Shown: positions 8,561 to 19,900 of the stretch, piece by piece
How the letters are laid out: each line of letters begins with the position of its first letter
How positions within the stretch are numbered: the stretch's first letter is position 1
Source of the DNA: a virus
IMG/VR virus record: IMGVR_UViG_3300027784_000005
Coordinates: 1,121-65,120 of that record
Strand: one strand, 5' to 3'
DNA: 64,000 nucleotides
The notes under the pieces: model-generated
Databases searched by the model: none
What the model saw: the letters and a program-made list of their open reading frames with translations, nothing else
Told to the model about the DNA's origin: nothing
Program-made: the position numbers and the translations under genes

Positions 8561-9889
8561 ATGTCGAAAAAACAAAAAACAAAAGAGGAGGAAGTCTTGG
8601 AAGGTTTTAGAAACCTCATTGAGTCTTTCCGGGAGAAGGAAAATCCTCCCAAACCCTCTAACGAAGATACCTTAAAAGAGATGGAAAATTTTTCGGTGTC
8701 TCAAGGGCCAGGGTCTATTAAGGTTTTAGAGGCAGATGATGAGAAAGGGGTTAAAAGATTAGAAGTTAAACTTATCGAACATGGCTGGTCTAAAAATGGG
8801 TACTTCTATTCAAAAGAGGTTGCTGAATCTGTTGCCCACCTTGTTAATAACCAGAGTCGTCGTAAGATGTATATGGATCACGACTCTATGTTCTTTTCTA
8901 GGCCCAGTAGAGACTTAAAAGAATTTGCAGCTATTATTGTAGAGGCTTATGCCCGGGACGGCGCTAGCTATGCAATTGTTGAATCCACCGGTAATCCTAC
9001 TACAGATTGGATCTTTGATCTCGCTAAACGTCACCCAAAAGAGATCGGGGCTTCTATTGATGCAAGAGCAAAAGTAGAAGAAGTTGATGAGCCTGATGAT
9101 GATGAAGAAAAGAACAGAAACAGGTGGTTAGTTAAGGAGTTAGTGTTTGTTAACTCTGTTGATTTTGTATCTTATGCTTCCGCAGGAGGGGAGGTTGTAA
9201 CTTCTCTTGCTCAGGAAGCTCTTCAGATAATGGAGTCTTATATTAAAAAAGAAGAAAAAGACTTAGTTGATACGGTAGAAAGCTTTAGAGAAGAAATTAA
9301 GGCTCTATCCAAAGATACTAAAGAAGAACAAAAAGAAGAAGAAGAAAAACCGAAACAAAACCAAAAAACAGAGGAATCAATTATGGCTGAAAACACAAAA
9401 GAGCAAATCACTCTTGAATCTCTTCGGGCTAGTAACCCAGAGGTGATTAACCAAATCCGTAAAGATATTAAGGAGGAAGTTAAACAAGAGTTTGATGCTG
9501 AAAAAGAAGTTAAAGATTTGACCGCTGCTAAAAAGTCTGCTGAGGAAAAAGTAAGCACACTTGAATCAGAAAAAGACGGACTTCAACAGGAACTGGATTC
9601 CTATAAAGTAAAGGAAGCTGCAATGGAACGGAGACAGAGGGTTCTTGATTTGATTAAGGAACACGACCTCCCTGAGCATGCAGCTACTAAGGTCTTCAAA
9701 GAAGATTTGGAAAAGCTTGATAAAGACGAGGATGTTATTGAACGCATCAAGGATCGTAAGGAGCTTTTGAATAGTATTGAAGAGGGAGAAGTTCAAGGGA
9801 ATGGTCCCCGTAAAGATACTCATAACACCAAAGAAGGTCAGAAAGATAAACTTACCGACGATGATTTGGTAGCAAATCTTAAAGCTTAA
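8561..9889 (+). CDS. prohead protease-scaffold fusion
   Basis: YMDH...IGASI...SVDFVSYASAGG protease-like N-half and coiled-coil C-half; GAGGT RBS. Confidence 0.75.
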   Translation: MSKKQKTKEEEVLEGFRNLIESFREKENPPKPSNEDTLKEMENFSVSQGPGSIKVLEADDEKGVKRLEVKLIEHGWSKNGYFYSKEVAESVAHLVNNQSRRKMYMDHDSMFFSRPSRDLKEFAAIIVEAYARDGASYAIVESTGNPTTDWIFDLAKRHPKEIGASIDARAKVEEVDEPDDDEEKNRNRWLVKELVFVNSVDFVSYASAGGEVVTSLAQEALQIMESYIKKEEKDLVDTVESFREEIKALSKDTKEEQKEEEEKPKQNQKTEESIMAENTKEQITLESLRASNPEVINQIRKDIKEEVKQEFDAEKEVKDLTAAKKSAEEKVSTLESEKDGLQQELDSYKVKEAAMERRQRVLDLIKEHDLPEHAATKVFKEDLEKLDKDEDVIERIKDRKELLNSIEEGEVQGNGPRKDTHNTKEGQKDKLTDDDLVANLKA

Positions 9890-9926
9890 TATAACTAACA
9901 ATACATAATAAAATAGGAAAACAATT

Positions 9927-10385
9927 ATGGCTGAACTTAAAGCTAAGTCAATTCGACAAACGGGGGATGTTATCTACGGAAGACTGACCCTTGATAAGAA
10001 AACCGATTCTGAAGAGATTCAGAAAGGTCATTTTCTTGTAAAAGACTCTAACGCTGTCACCAAGATGACAAATGGCGATCAATGGAATACCTTTGTTGGT
10101 GTTAGTGGGATGTTGTCTATGGATGATAAGGGGCCACAAAAGATACTTGTTTATCTTCAAGCAGTCGTTGTTGTACCTGCCGCTAGTGCTCGATACACTT
10201 TTGGTCAAGCAGTTGCTTTTGAGCATGGGGAAGATAGAGTCAAAGCTTGTAACAATGATAACGAAGAAGCAATCGGTTGGGTTTGGGAAGCTAATACTGG
10301 GTCAGACGCTACTGAAGTAAAGATTATGGTAGACGTTACCAAATTAGATGGTTTATTCCCGAAAGCAACCGCTTTTACCTCATAA
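9927..10385 (+). CDS. head decoration/cement protein
   Basis: 152-aa beta-rich ORF between scaffold and capsid genes. Confidence 0.6.
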   Translation: MAELKAKSIRQTGDVIYGRLTLDKKTDSEEIQKGHFLVKDSNAVTKMTNGDQWNTFVGVSGMLSMDDKGPQKILVYLQAVVVVPAASARYTFGQAVAFEHGEDRVKACNNDNEEAIGWVWEANTGSDATEVKIMVDVTKLDGLFPKATAFTS

Positions 10386-10430
10386 CCAGCTAGGATCTAA
10401 TAATTAATAACTAAAAAACGGAGATATATT

Positions 10431-11606
10431 GTGAAGAAAGGAATCCTAAAACAACTTGTTGGGCAGTTTGAAGATCAAGCTGGAGATAATGTTCAAGAAG
10501 CTCATAGTCTTGCTGCCAACAAAGTCGGACAATTAATGGATCAAGGTAAGATCAATACTAATGATGTTACTTTGCGCCAAATGTATGAAGAACTGGTAGA
10601 TGTTCCACTTTCGGCAAGCGCTACCCAAGTAGCAGAGGCTATTAATACCTCAGCTTTCCCAACATTTGCATCTACAGTTTTGCATCGAGATATTATCAGA
10701 GAATATGAGGCTCAAACTCAAAGTTATGACTCTCTTGTTTCTGAATCAGATGCTCGATTGACTACCCGAGAAAAGATCGGTGGGTTTGAAGCTATGGATA
10801 ATGAACCTCAAATGAGGGAAGAGGCCATGGCTTACGAAGAGACATCTTTTGGGGAAAAGTATTGGGAAGTTAAAATGGCTGATTTCGGCCGTATGCTTTC
10901 TATCACTCGAGAGACTATTTATGAAGATCATACTTCTGAAGTTATGAGGAGAGCTCGTAATATTGGTAGGGCTGCTGGTCAACATAAAGCTCGGATGATT
11001 GTTCAAACCATTGAATGCCTTCCACGTACTGCTTTTAAAGAATCTTCTTTCGAAGGAGCTATTTATAAAGGCACTTCTTTGAGTCAAGGTGAGATGTACT
11101 CTACAGATCATAGCGCTATTGATGGGGTTGAAAATGATAATATTGCTACCTCAAATGCATTATCAGATTACACTAATATTGATAATGCCATGCAACTCTT
11201 CTCTAGTATGGTAGATGAGGGAGGTAATAAGATTAATATTGTACCGAATGTTCTTTTGGTACCTAGAGATCTTGCAATTACTGCTTATAACATCATGAAT
11301 ACCACTACTTATATGGTAGGCGGATCCGATAGTACAGACGGGCTTCAACCCACTCTTAATCCTATCCGGGCTTTGGGTAATTTCAATGTTATAGATAGTA
11401 TTTATCTTGATACTTCTACAGATTGGTATCTAGGTAAATTTGATGATCAGCTCAAATGGCTGAATGTATTCGCTCCTGCTACTGCTTCTCAAGGGGCTAC
11501 CTCGGACCTGGCTTTTACTAACCAGATTGTTGCTCGGTTCCGTTTCTCTTATCATGGTGGAGTTGGGCATAGTGATTATCGTCACATTGTTCGAAATACT
11601 GCTTAA
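10431..11606 (+). CDS. major capsid protein (HK97 fold, Mu gpT-like)
   Basis: FGRMLSITRETIYED, PNVLLVP, DWYLG motifs; GTG start; followed by a terminator. Confidence 0.85.
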   Translation: MKKGILKQLVGQFEDQAGDNVQEAHSLAANKVGQLMDQGKINTNDVTLRQMYEELVDVPLSASATQVAEAINTSAFPTFASTVLHRDIIREYEAQTQSYDSLVSESDARLTTREKIGGFEAMDNEPQMREEAMAYEETSFGEKYWEVKMADFGRMLSITRETIYEDHTSEVMRRARNIGRAAGQHKARMIVQTIECLPRTAFKESSFEGAIYKGTSLSQGEMYSTDHSAIDGVENDNIATSNALSDYTNIDNAMQLFSSMVDEGGNKINIVPNVLLVPRDLAITAYNIMNTTTYMVGGSDSTDGLQPTLNPIRALGNFNVIDSIYLDTSTDWYLGKFDDQLKWLNVFAPATASQGATSDLAFTNQIVARFRFSYHGGVGHSDYRHIVRNTA

Positions 11607-11611
11607 TGAAT

Positions 11612-11641
11612 AAAACAAGGGCCTTTGGCCCTTGTTTTTTA
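11612..11641 (+). terminator. intrinsic terminator after the capsid gene (possibly bidirectional)
   Basis: AAAACAAGGGCC-TTT-GGCCCTTGTTTT hairpin with a T-tract. Confidence 0.9.
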
Positions 11642-11669
11642 TTTCAAACTAAAAAAATAAAGGAATAAC

Positions 11670-11933
11670 ATGGCAGATTTTTCAAAAAAGAATGAAGAAA
11701 AGAAGGCTTCAAAAGGTAAAACTTCTAGTTTAGATTATAAGCAAGTTAAAAGCCTTATTGATGATATGGGGAAACAAGTTAATGAACCTCTTCAAAAACA
11801 AATTAAGGAGTTGGAAGGACAATTAAAAGATCTTTCTGATAAATTTGAGTCTTTGGAATTTGAAGAGGAATTAGTAGAACCCCAGGTAAGTTCTAGTAAA
11901 GAATCTAAATCTTCTAAATCTAAGAAGAAATAA
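11670..11933 (+). CDS. hypothetical coiled-coil protein
   Basis: 87-aa ORF with AAGGA RBS. Confidence 0.6.
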   Translation: MADFSKKNEEKKASKGKTSSLDYKQVKSLIDDMGKQVNEPLQKQIKELEGQLKDLSDKFESLEFEEELVEPQVSSSKESKSSKSKKK

Positions 11934-12673
11934 TGGATAGGATAACTACCATATCAAACTTAGTTAATAAGATTCCTCAATTAATGAAACAAGACGGAGA
12001 TATGGCGGGTGGTACTTTGAACTACCCGCTATCTCGTCTTAATAATATCATTATAGAAGCCGAGGCTGAACTAACTAATTTGATAGAACCCTTTTTTAAT
12101 ATAGAGGGTTCTAAGATCCAGTCTTGGGCTTCCCACCCAGAACCCTTGTCTGATAGTTCTACTAAATCAGGGGACATTTTAAAATCGAATATTGAGATAA
12201 AAAAAGATAGCCCGACTCAATTTATAACAATAGAGTTCTTCGAAGACGGTGGAGATATAAAGTTTAGGGTTATTTCGGATTTTTATGGGACATTGGGTCA
12301 AGGAACCCCTGGTAACGAATTTGACTCTTTAAGTGTTGCAGGATTTAAGATTAAAGCAGAGGCTTTTTCTGGAGAATTTTCAAAAGAAGATATATTTAGT
12401 TTCTCTATTTATCAACATCATTTAAGTTTAATTTCAATATATAGCTTAAAAGCTGCAGTAGCAGTTCTCAAAAAGATTTTTACTCAGGATATGCCAGAAT
12501 CACCTGGTACTGCTGAGGAATATGAAAAAAGATTAAATCAATTTCTATCCCAAATGAGAAATGGCCGGGCTTATTTAAAAGCCTCCGAAGTTGTATTGGA
12601 TACTACCCCAATAGGGATGGATTATGAAATAGACGAAACAGGAACCGATATAACAGATTATCTAACAGATTAA
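11933..12673 (+). CDS. head-tail adaptor (gp15/gp36-like) with a beta-rich insertion
   Basis: Position after MCP; helical N- and C-terminal parts (IIEAEAEL...EYEKRLNQFL) flank a beta-rich insert. Confidence 0.55.
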   Translation: MDRITTISNLVNKIPQLMKQDGDMAGGTLNYPLSRLNNIIIEAEAELTNLIEPFFNIEGSKIQSWASHPEPLSDSSTKSGDILKSNIEIKKDSPTQFITIEFFEDGGDIKFRVISDFYGTLGQGTPGNEFDSLSVAGFKIKAEAFSGEFSKEDIFSFSIYQHHLSLISIYSLKAAVAVLKKIFTQDMPESPGTAEEYEKRLNQFLSQMRNGRAYLKASEVVLDTTPIGMDYEIDETGTDITDYLTD

Positions 12674-12701
12674 TAAACAGTGTTATTTAAAACACTAAAT
12701 A

Positions 12702-13652
12702 ATGTCACCGAATGTTTCAACTTCATTTAAGGAGTTATTAAACGGGATCCAATCCTTGTTTAGTCAGCAATATGCTGATAACTCAGACTTCCGTAGTATT
12801 AAAGGAAATTATAAAGGAGCTCCTCGCAACCCTAGTAAATTTCCTTATACGGCTATAGTCCCTATTCAAGAAACTCACGACGGTATTTATAATGGGGTTA
12901 TTGATACAGTCAGGAGAGTAAGGATATTTGCTTATACTCATCACTCTAAGTCTCGTTCTGCTATGAGACAGTCAATGGGTATAATCGATAACATTAAAGA
13001 TAAGATTTTTTTACCTTACGAAGATCATGCTTATATCAAAAATAAAGAAGGTGAATTGACCACCTTTGAGTTTGATTTTCCCAATATCCAATATAGTCAA
13101 CAACCCTATCCTTGGAAAAATGGATTCCTTCAGTTTAGTACTTTAGATATAGATTTTTATTCTAGAGAACGTTTGGTATCTAATATCCTTAACGAAACCC
13201 CCATTGAAACCGGTCAAGTTAATTCAAAAACTATCACCGATGCTATTTATAATACGTATAAATCGTATTCTATGGAGTTTTTATCAGAGGTTATCTCTTT
13301 TAAAGATATGAGCCTTACTCCTCAAACAAACTTCCCGGTTTTGTTTTTAAGTTTAGAGGATGCAAACTACGGGAGGAGGTTTGCTGGGATAGATACCGTT
13401 AATCTATTGTTTTATATCAATGTCTTAAGTAGAGCTAGTAAAGCACCTGAAGCTTTAGATCAAAATATTGATATCGTAGAAAAGGCAAAAGAGGTTTTAT
13501 TTGCTAATTGTGATTTTGGAGGAAAAGCAATAGATTATAATTATCAAAAGATAGAATATGGGCAACTAATGGGACCCGGAGGATTATTGTACGGTAGTTC
13601 TCTTCAGTTCTTTGTTCAAACTTATAATCACTTAATACCAACTACTAATTAA
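12702..13652 (+). CDS. tail terminator/completion-like protein with an internal domain duplication
   Basis: Two similar ~150-aa halves (PSKFPY...GVIDTV and QTNFPV...AGIDTV). Confidence 0.5.
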   Translation: MSPNVSTSFKELLNGIQSLFSQQYADNSDFRSIKGNYKGAPRNPSKFPYTAIVPIQETHDGIYNGVIDTVRRVRIFAYTHHSKSRSAMRQSMGIIDNIKDKIFLPYEDHAYIKNKEGELTTFEFDFPNIQYSQQPYPWKNGFLQFSTLDIDFYSRERLVSNILNETPIETGQVNSKTITDAIYNTYKSYSMEFLSEVISFKDMSLTPQTNFPVLFLSLEDANYGRRFAGIDTVNLLFYINVLSRASKAPEALDQNIDIVEKAKEVLFANCDFGGKAIDYNYQKIEYGQLMGPGGLLYGSSLQFFVQTYNHLIPTTN

Positions 13653-13663
13653 ATTTTAAGGAC

Positions 13664-13918
13664 ATGGCTAATATAAAATTGAAAAAAGGCGAAGGTTTCT
13701 CTGGATTACCTGGTTATGCAGGAGTTATATCTAGAGATAAGAGGAAGGATTTAAAAAGAGGTTTGCCGGTGGAATTGTCCGTGAAAGAAACTTCTTTTCT
13801 AAGGCCTGGTTCTTACGAAGAGGTACAACCTCCAAAAAAAGAGAAATCTTATAGTGGAGAGGTTGAAGAAGAGTCTTTAGGATTTAAAAAAACTACTTTT
13901 AAAAAATCAAATAAATAA
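13664..13918 (+). CDS. hypothetical protein
   Basis: 84-aa ORF with AAGGA RBS. Confidence 0.6.
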   Translation: MANIKLKKGEGFSGLPGYAGVISRDKRKDLKRGLPVELSVKETSFLRPGSYEEVQPPKKEKSYSGEVEEESLGFKKTTFKKSNK

Positions 13919-13983
13919 TCGATATTAAGAAGATAGTACCACTAAGGACGCTTTGAGTATCATAAACATAGGAGATAATAATC

Positions 13984-15144
13984 ATGGCTAATACAAGAAC
14001 TCGTTGGCAAGATCTTTACGCGATTCAACAAGATAATACATCTGCTAATCTTAGGGCTCACGTAGCTGAGGACCCAACTTTTACTAGTGCTGATATTGGG
14101 GTTCAAGGTGATGGAACAGAGGGGGGAGTATTTGGACTTCCTTTTACGGATCATCCAAATATCCCTGCACCTAGTTCTACAATTGAAGATGATCAGGCTA
14201 GGGGTATTGCTCAGGTATCACTTCCTGAAAGAAATACTGCTCAAACAGCTGACCCTCCAGAACAAACTTTCCCTCTATTAGCGGATGCTTATACTGCTAG
14301 TCTCTATGGGTATTCTTTTTTCCAATCCGGAGTAACTGAGACTACAAGAGATGCTTCTGGGGAGAATGATACAAATCTTCTAAAATGTATCCCATATACT
14401 GATGCTGATCCGGTTGTTTATCTTCAACTTCTTAGAGCTATGCAACCCGGATCCTCTAGTGATGATGTTGACCAGATGTTTAAAGGAGCAATTTGTAGTA
14501 ACCTTAATTTTAGTGGAGAAACCGGATCTATATTTTCACTTGAAGCTACTCTTAAGGCGGCTAAATGGGAACAGGATGATAAATCCGGTTTGGCATCTAA
14601 TATTGATTTTGTAAAGGATGTTCTTCCTTTTAAATATCAAGACATGACAGCTGCTATGTATGATCCGGAAGCTGAAACCTGGGTTGAGATGTTTATCCCC
14701 TCCTTTAATGTTGATTTGGAGAATAATGTCCAATTCAGTTTCTATAACGATCAAGCCGCAGCTTCAGCTATTATGGATAGAATCTTGGCTAGTGGGTCTG
14801 TTACAATGCCCTGGAGTCAAGCAGATGTTGGAAAAAACTATCTGATTAAGCAATTTCTTGAGGGACAACCTCGTAAAATGGTATTTTATTGGGGTCAATC
14901 AGGTGATGATGGATTTGACGGTGAAGATTATGAATTACCGGCTACAATTGATCGTTTGAAAAACGGAACCACTAACACTAAAAACTATATGAGTATAATG
15001 GTTAATGCTCGTATAAGTGAATATGATGTTGTTGGTGATAATGAGCACATGGTTGAAGCTAGTTTTGAAGGAGTAAAAGATGAAAATAATAACTCTGTTG
15101 AGCTTCGATTTGCTTATGATAACACTAAACTTGAAAGACTCTAA
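13984..15144 (+). CDS. major tail (tube) protein
   Basis: Acidic beta-rich 386 aa with AGGAG RBS, just upstream of the chaperone pair and tape measure gene. Confidence 0.75.
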   Translation: MANTRTRWQDLYAIQQDNTSANLRAHVAEDPTFTSADIGVQGDGTEGGVFGLPFTDHPNIPAPSSTIEDDQARGIAQVSLPERNTAQTADPPEQTFPLLADAYTASLYGYSFFQSGVTETTRDASGENDTNLLKCIPYTDADPVVYLQLLRAMQPGSSSDDVDQMFKGAICSNLNFSGETGSIFSLEATLKAAKWEQDDKSGLASNIDFVKDVLPFKYQDMTAAMYDPEAETWVEMFIPSFNVDLENNVQFSFYNDQAAASAIMDRILASGSVTMPWSQADVGKNYLIKQFLEGQPRKMVFYWGQSGDDGFDGEDYELPATIDRLKNGTTNTKNYMSIMVNARISEYDVVGDNEHMVEASFEGVKDENNNSVELRFAYDNTKLERL

Positions 15145-15215
15145 TATTGAGTTTTTCATTAATCCACCACAAAAAAGGTACCTTATCAAAGGACAACTAA
15201 ACAAGGAGAAATAAC

Positions 15216-15683
15216 ATGGCAATTAAAGGCGTATCAAAAAAACCTATTCCCTATGTTCCAGAAGCAGAAAGGGATAACACTATTGACCCCACAGTTCTTT
15301 GGATAAAACCAAAGACTGGAAAAGATGCTAACGAATCTATGAGACGTTATGCTGCTGCTTCAAAAGAGGGAAGAAAAGGTTATCGTGATTTAGATTCAAG
15401 GAAGCTTAATAATGCAGATTTGGAGGAATTTATATCAGTAGTTTCTTCAGTAGAGAATTATGAGTTTTCTGACAATTTCCCAGAGTTGGAAGAACAAGGG
15501 GTTATGGGTAATATTGAAGATGAGGCTACCCTTATAAAGGTATGTCAAGATCTTCCGGCCGATATTTTGATTGAGATATTCGATGCATCTAATAACCTTA
15601 GTCAATTAAAAGCTGGTGAAAAAAAAAGCTCCAAATCCTCACCTACTTCAGCCTCTGGAAACAAGAAAACAGGGAAAGGATGA
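15216..15683 (+). CDS. tail assembly chaperone (lambda gpG-like)
   Basis: Lies between tube and tape measure genes; slippery A-run near the 3' end. Confidence 0.75.
   Translation: MAIKGVSKKPIPYVPEAERDNTIDPTVLWIKPKTGKDANESMRRYAAASKEGRKGYRDLDSRKLNNADLEEFISVVSSVENYEFSDNFPELEEQGVMGNIEDEATLIKVCQDLPADILIEIFDASNNLSQLKAGEKKSSKSSPTSASGNKKTGKG
15620..15628 (+). promoter_or_regulatory. -1 programmed ribosomal frameshift site
   Basis: In-frame A AAA AAA (run GAAAAAAAAAG); the -1 frame is open (KKLQILTYFSLWKQENRER) into the ORF at 15680. Confidence 0.75.
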
Positions 15684-16231
15684 ACACCTATGACTGTGAT
15701 TTCTGCATAGCAAATAAGCTGTATGAATCACGTCATTGTTTTTTAGATGAATATCCGGGTCAGGAAGAGAATAGGGTTACATTCCCTATTTTTGACCCGG
15801 ATGATTCTAGTTATAATTCAAATCCTATTGCAGAAGAAGATAGGACAGTTGACAAGAAAGGGATATTTGAGGAACTCGAGACAATAGAAGCCGTATTCCC
15901 TCATCTTTCACCCTTTGAAATACTTAGAACATATTTTGCGTTTCCGAAGGAAGTTTGTCCCACTGGTTTGGTAGATATACATCACAATTTTATACTAGAG
16001 ATGGAATCCTCTTGTAGAGAATATAGTTGTCTACCTTATGAAGGTGGGTTACTTGATCAGCCTCTTGTTTTAAACGAGGTTTTTCATGTAATTCAATCAG
16101 AAAAAGCTTCTTACGAAAGAACAAGGATGTCTAAGTTACAAAAAGAAACGAAAAACAAACAGAGTTCCTCTAATAAACCAAAAAGACCTCAATTGCCTGG
16201 GCAACAAGGGTCTTTTGAAAACCATGGCTAG
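15680..16231 (+). CDS. tail assembly chaperone extension (gpT-like), Cys-rich
   Basis: In the -1 frame relative to the upstream chaperone; LPYEGGLLDQP motif typical of pre-TMP genes. Confidence 0.7.
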   Translation: MNTYDCDFCIANKLYESRHCFLDEYPGQEENRVTFPIFDPDDSSYNSNPIAEEDRTVDKKGIFEELETIEAVFPHLSPFEILRTYFAFPKEVCPTGLVDIHHNFILEMESSCREYSCLPYEGGLLDQPLVLNEVFHVIQSEKASYERTRMSKLQKETKNKQSSSNKPKRPQLPGQQGSFENHG

Positions 16232-16898
16232 AAAGAAGGCTTCTATAAAATTTACTATCGGTGGAGTTACTACCGGCAATCCTTTTGAAGCAATGGAGCA
16301 ATTTCAAAAGCCTGCAATGTCAGTGAAAAAAAATATTGGGGAACTAACAAGAGTTTATGATCGAATTGCTCCTGTGATAATTGATACTATCAAAAATAGG
16401 TTTAATCAAGACACCTTTGGTAGGTCTCCTTTCCCGATTTTGGGCTCCCTTGCTCCTAAAGTAAAACAAGCAAGAGGATATGGTAAAGATAACCCAGCTT
16501 TAGTAGGATCTGGGGCTCTTAGGGATAGTATCGGAAGGAGACCTGGCCCCACCAAAACTGCTGAAGGGGGTAATAGGGAAGTTTATACTCTTAGGGTTGG
16601 TAGTACCGGGGTTCCTTATGCTAGGGATGTAATTGAAGGTTCAACATGGCAAGTACCTGTTTTTACCTCTCCCGAAGGATTTTTCTTGATAGATTATGAT
16701 CAACTAGAAGACTCCGTCGAAACAAACGAATCTATGTATACCGAGAATACCTTAAGATCAATTAATAATCAATATAGTTCGGAGACATTTGATATACCGG
16801 TTCCCGCTAGAAACATTTTTTATATGTCTCCATCCGATGAAGATTTTATTTTCAATCAGGTTGAAGATTTTTTAATGAGATTACCTCTTAATCAATAA
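16224..16898 (+). CDS. putative tail completion/virion morphogenesis protein (Mu gpG/HK97 gp10-like)
   Basis: LVGSGALRDSI...VGSTGVPYA...IPVPARNIF pattern. Confidence 0.55.
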   Translation: MARKKASIKFTIGGVTTGNPFEAMEQFQKPAMSVKKNIGELTRVYDRIAPVIIDTIKNRFNQDTFGRSPFPILGSLAPKVKQARGYGKDNPALVGSGALRDSIGRRPGPTKTAEGGNREVYTLRVGSTGVPYARDVIEGSTWQVPVFTSPEGFFLIDYDQLEDSVETNESMYTENTLRSINNQYSSETFDIPVPARNIFYMSPSDEDFIFNQVEDFLMRLPLNQ

Positions 16899-16901
16899 GT
16901 T

Positions 16902-19900
16902 ATGCCACAAGGTGATAAAATGGGAAGAAGACTAGAGATGCTCTTAAACGTGAGTGTTTCTGGTATGCAAAACGTTGATAAGCTTTCCAGTAATCTTAAG
17001 AATAACGCTACAAGCTTAAGGGAGGTTACTAAGGGTCTTGTTGATGTAGAGGGTGGAGCAGATAGAGCCGCTACTAATTATGCTAAGTTTCAAAGATCTG
17101 CTGAAAGGGTTGAGAAATCACAGAAGGAGTTATCTAGTATTAATCAACAGATTGCTAAAGAACAATCCACCTTATCTAGAGCAGCTCAAGAACGTTCTTC
17201 TATAGATACATCAGTTTATCAGAAAGCTATAGAGAATAATCGTAGTTTGATGGAAACATTCAAATCTTTAAAGAGCGTATATTCTAGAGTAAGTGAACAA
17301 TCATCCCAAACTTTTGAACCATTAGGGAAATCAGCTTTAGACGCTAAGGTAGATGTTCAAAAGCTAAAAGATGAATTACAGAGATTAGAGAAGTCATATA
17401 CAGGTAGAGAACAAGCCTTTAAACAACCCCGCGACCCTCGTACAGGTCAGTTTGCTAAAAAAGATCAACCTGGGGGAATTGATAAGGGTCAGGAACCTCA
17501 GGAGTTTGCTAAAGAACAAGAAAGTCTCAAACAACGGATACGTCTAATGGATGAGACCATTGAGCGTACTGAAAGTCTCCAGCAGGCACAACAACGTTAT
17601 GCTAAGGATCGGCAGGCTGTAATTCAAACCAATGAGGCTATGGCTAGAAATGCTGAGAAAGTGGGGAAATCTGAGGCCAGAGTGAAGGCTCTAACTGATA
17701 CTAAAAGGAGGTTAATAGGAGAGCTAAGGGCTGAGGGTAATGTATTGAATGAACTATCTGGCCAACAACTCGTTAAATATAATCAACAGACGGGTCAAGC
17801 AGCTATTAAGTCTCGAGATATTGCTTCTATTAAAAAGATGACTACCAAGGCTTCTAGAGATTTATCTAGGCAACTTGATGATACTTCTAGAGCTACAAGA
17901 GATAGTGGAAGGTCTCAAAGTGAAGCTAGTGGAGATACAAGGGCTTTAAAACAACAACTTGAAGCCCAGAATCAAGAGTGGACGGTTATGAGACAAAGGA
18001 TATCTCGTAATAACGAAGCTCTTTGGGGGTTAAGGAGACAACTTGGGGCTTTAAGGAACCAAATACTTGTTGTATTGTTTGCTACTCGAGGTTTGAGAAA
18101 TATGATGACTTCAGCTCGAGACACCATTATTGAAGTAGACCAAGGGATGTTAGGTCTTCGTAGAACAGCCGTTTCTATGGGAGAGGATTTTCAACACCTT
18201 GAAAGAATTACTAGGAGTTTTGAAGAAAGAGGTCTTCAAAATGCTGATGAGGCTGCTTTAGCTCTAAGGAACATTCTTCAGACTGGGATGGGAGTTGAAG
18301 AGGCTACCAACTTACTTTATGTATTTACAGATGCTGCTTCTTTTAACGCAAGATCTCAAAGAGACTTGACAGACTCTGTTGTTAGGGCTTCCGAGGCTTT
18401 CCGGGATCAAAGGGCTCAAGGCTTACAAGCAATTGGTATTAGTCAGCGAATGACTGATATGGTTCGAGAACATGCTATGGCTACCGGTCAACAAACGGCC
18501 GAAGTTACTGGGGCTGAGAGACATATGGCTATATATAATGCTATTATGAGTGATAGTGCTAAATTCACTGATAACGCTAATGAGCTTCTTGAAACCTATG
18601 AAGGTAGATTGATATCCCTTGGTGGAGCTTCTAAATCTACATCAGAGGCTATGGGGGAATTATTGAGACCGGCATTTATGCAATTTACTAAGACCTTAAC
18701 CGAGGGTCATGGTAGAATTCAAGAATTCATAGGAGAATTAAAGGATGCTAATAGAGAAGATATTGACCGTTGGGTATTAAGGCTTAATAAAACTTTTGAG
18801 ATCATCATGACTACCATCGGGTCTGTATCTGGAACAATAGTTAGATTAATTGTCAGTTATGGAGATTTAATCGGTATTATAACTCAGATGATAGTAGCTA
18901 AAACTCTATATAACAAAATTTTAGCAAGATCAGCTCTAAAATTAGATGAAGCTAGAAAGGCTGTTGAAGGTTATAACATTGTTGGTATGGAACAAGCTTC
19001 TACAGCTACTGTAACGAATAAGGTAACGGGAGAGCAAGTTACGGGAATGCAAAGGATTAAGTTAATTTATAAGAAAGCTAGAGTTGATTCTGTAAATTAT
19101 GTTGCATCCCTTAAAGCAGAGAACGCCGAGAAAGGTATAAATACTACCATGATAGGTAATAATAAAGCATCAATGGCTAAAGCCTCTGTTATTAAGAAAG
19201 CTTATCTAGCTACTACACAAAAAGTTTCTGCTGCTTGGGGTATAATGACAGCGAAAGGGAGAGCTCTTATAACTTCAATTCAAGGTCTTAACGCTGCTGT
19301 CATAAAGAAATCAGCTACTACTACTTTTTATAATATTAAAGCAAAAGCTACTTCAGGATTATGGGCCACCCTTTCTATCCAGGGTATAAAACTAAAAGCG
19401 GTATTCTCTGCACTCACTGTAACCGTCAAAGCAGCGGGAGGGGCTTTTGCTATATTAACTAAAGCAGTTGGGGCCTTGATGATGATGTTTGGTAAGTTAT
19501 TAATTTTATTTGCTGCTGTTCATTTAATAACTCGATTAATAACCTGGTTAACTAGGACCAAAGAAACTACGGATGAATTAACCATGGCAAATGAGAGATT
19601 AAGTGATTCTTATGAAAAAATAACCCAGTCAGTAGACAGAGCTCAAAAAAGATTAAGGGATATAGCTCCAGAGGCAAATGTATTCGGAGTTGATACTGCA
19701 GAATTAAAACAAACAGAGGTTATAATTGAACAACACTATTCCCGGTTAAGAGCTTTAAAAGAAGTTCATAACCGAGAAGAGGATGAAGATATAAGGGCTG
19801 CTTTAAAAGATAATATAGAACACTACAGAGAAAGCCTTCAAGATCAAATTGATCTTTTAGAGCAATATTCTAGTCAAGTTAATGAAAAGCTTGATAATAT

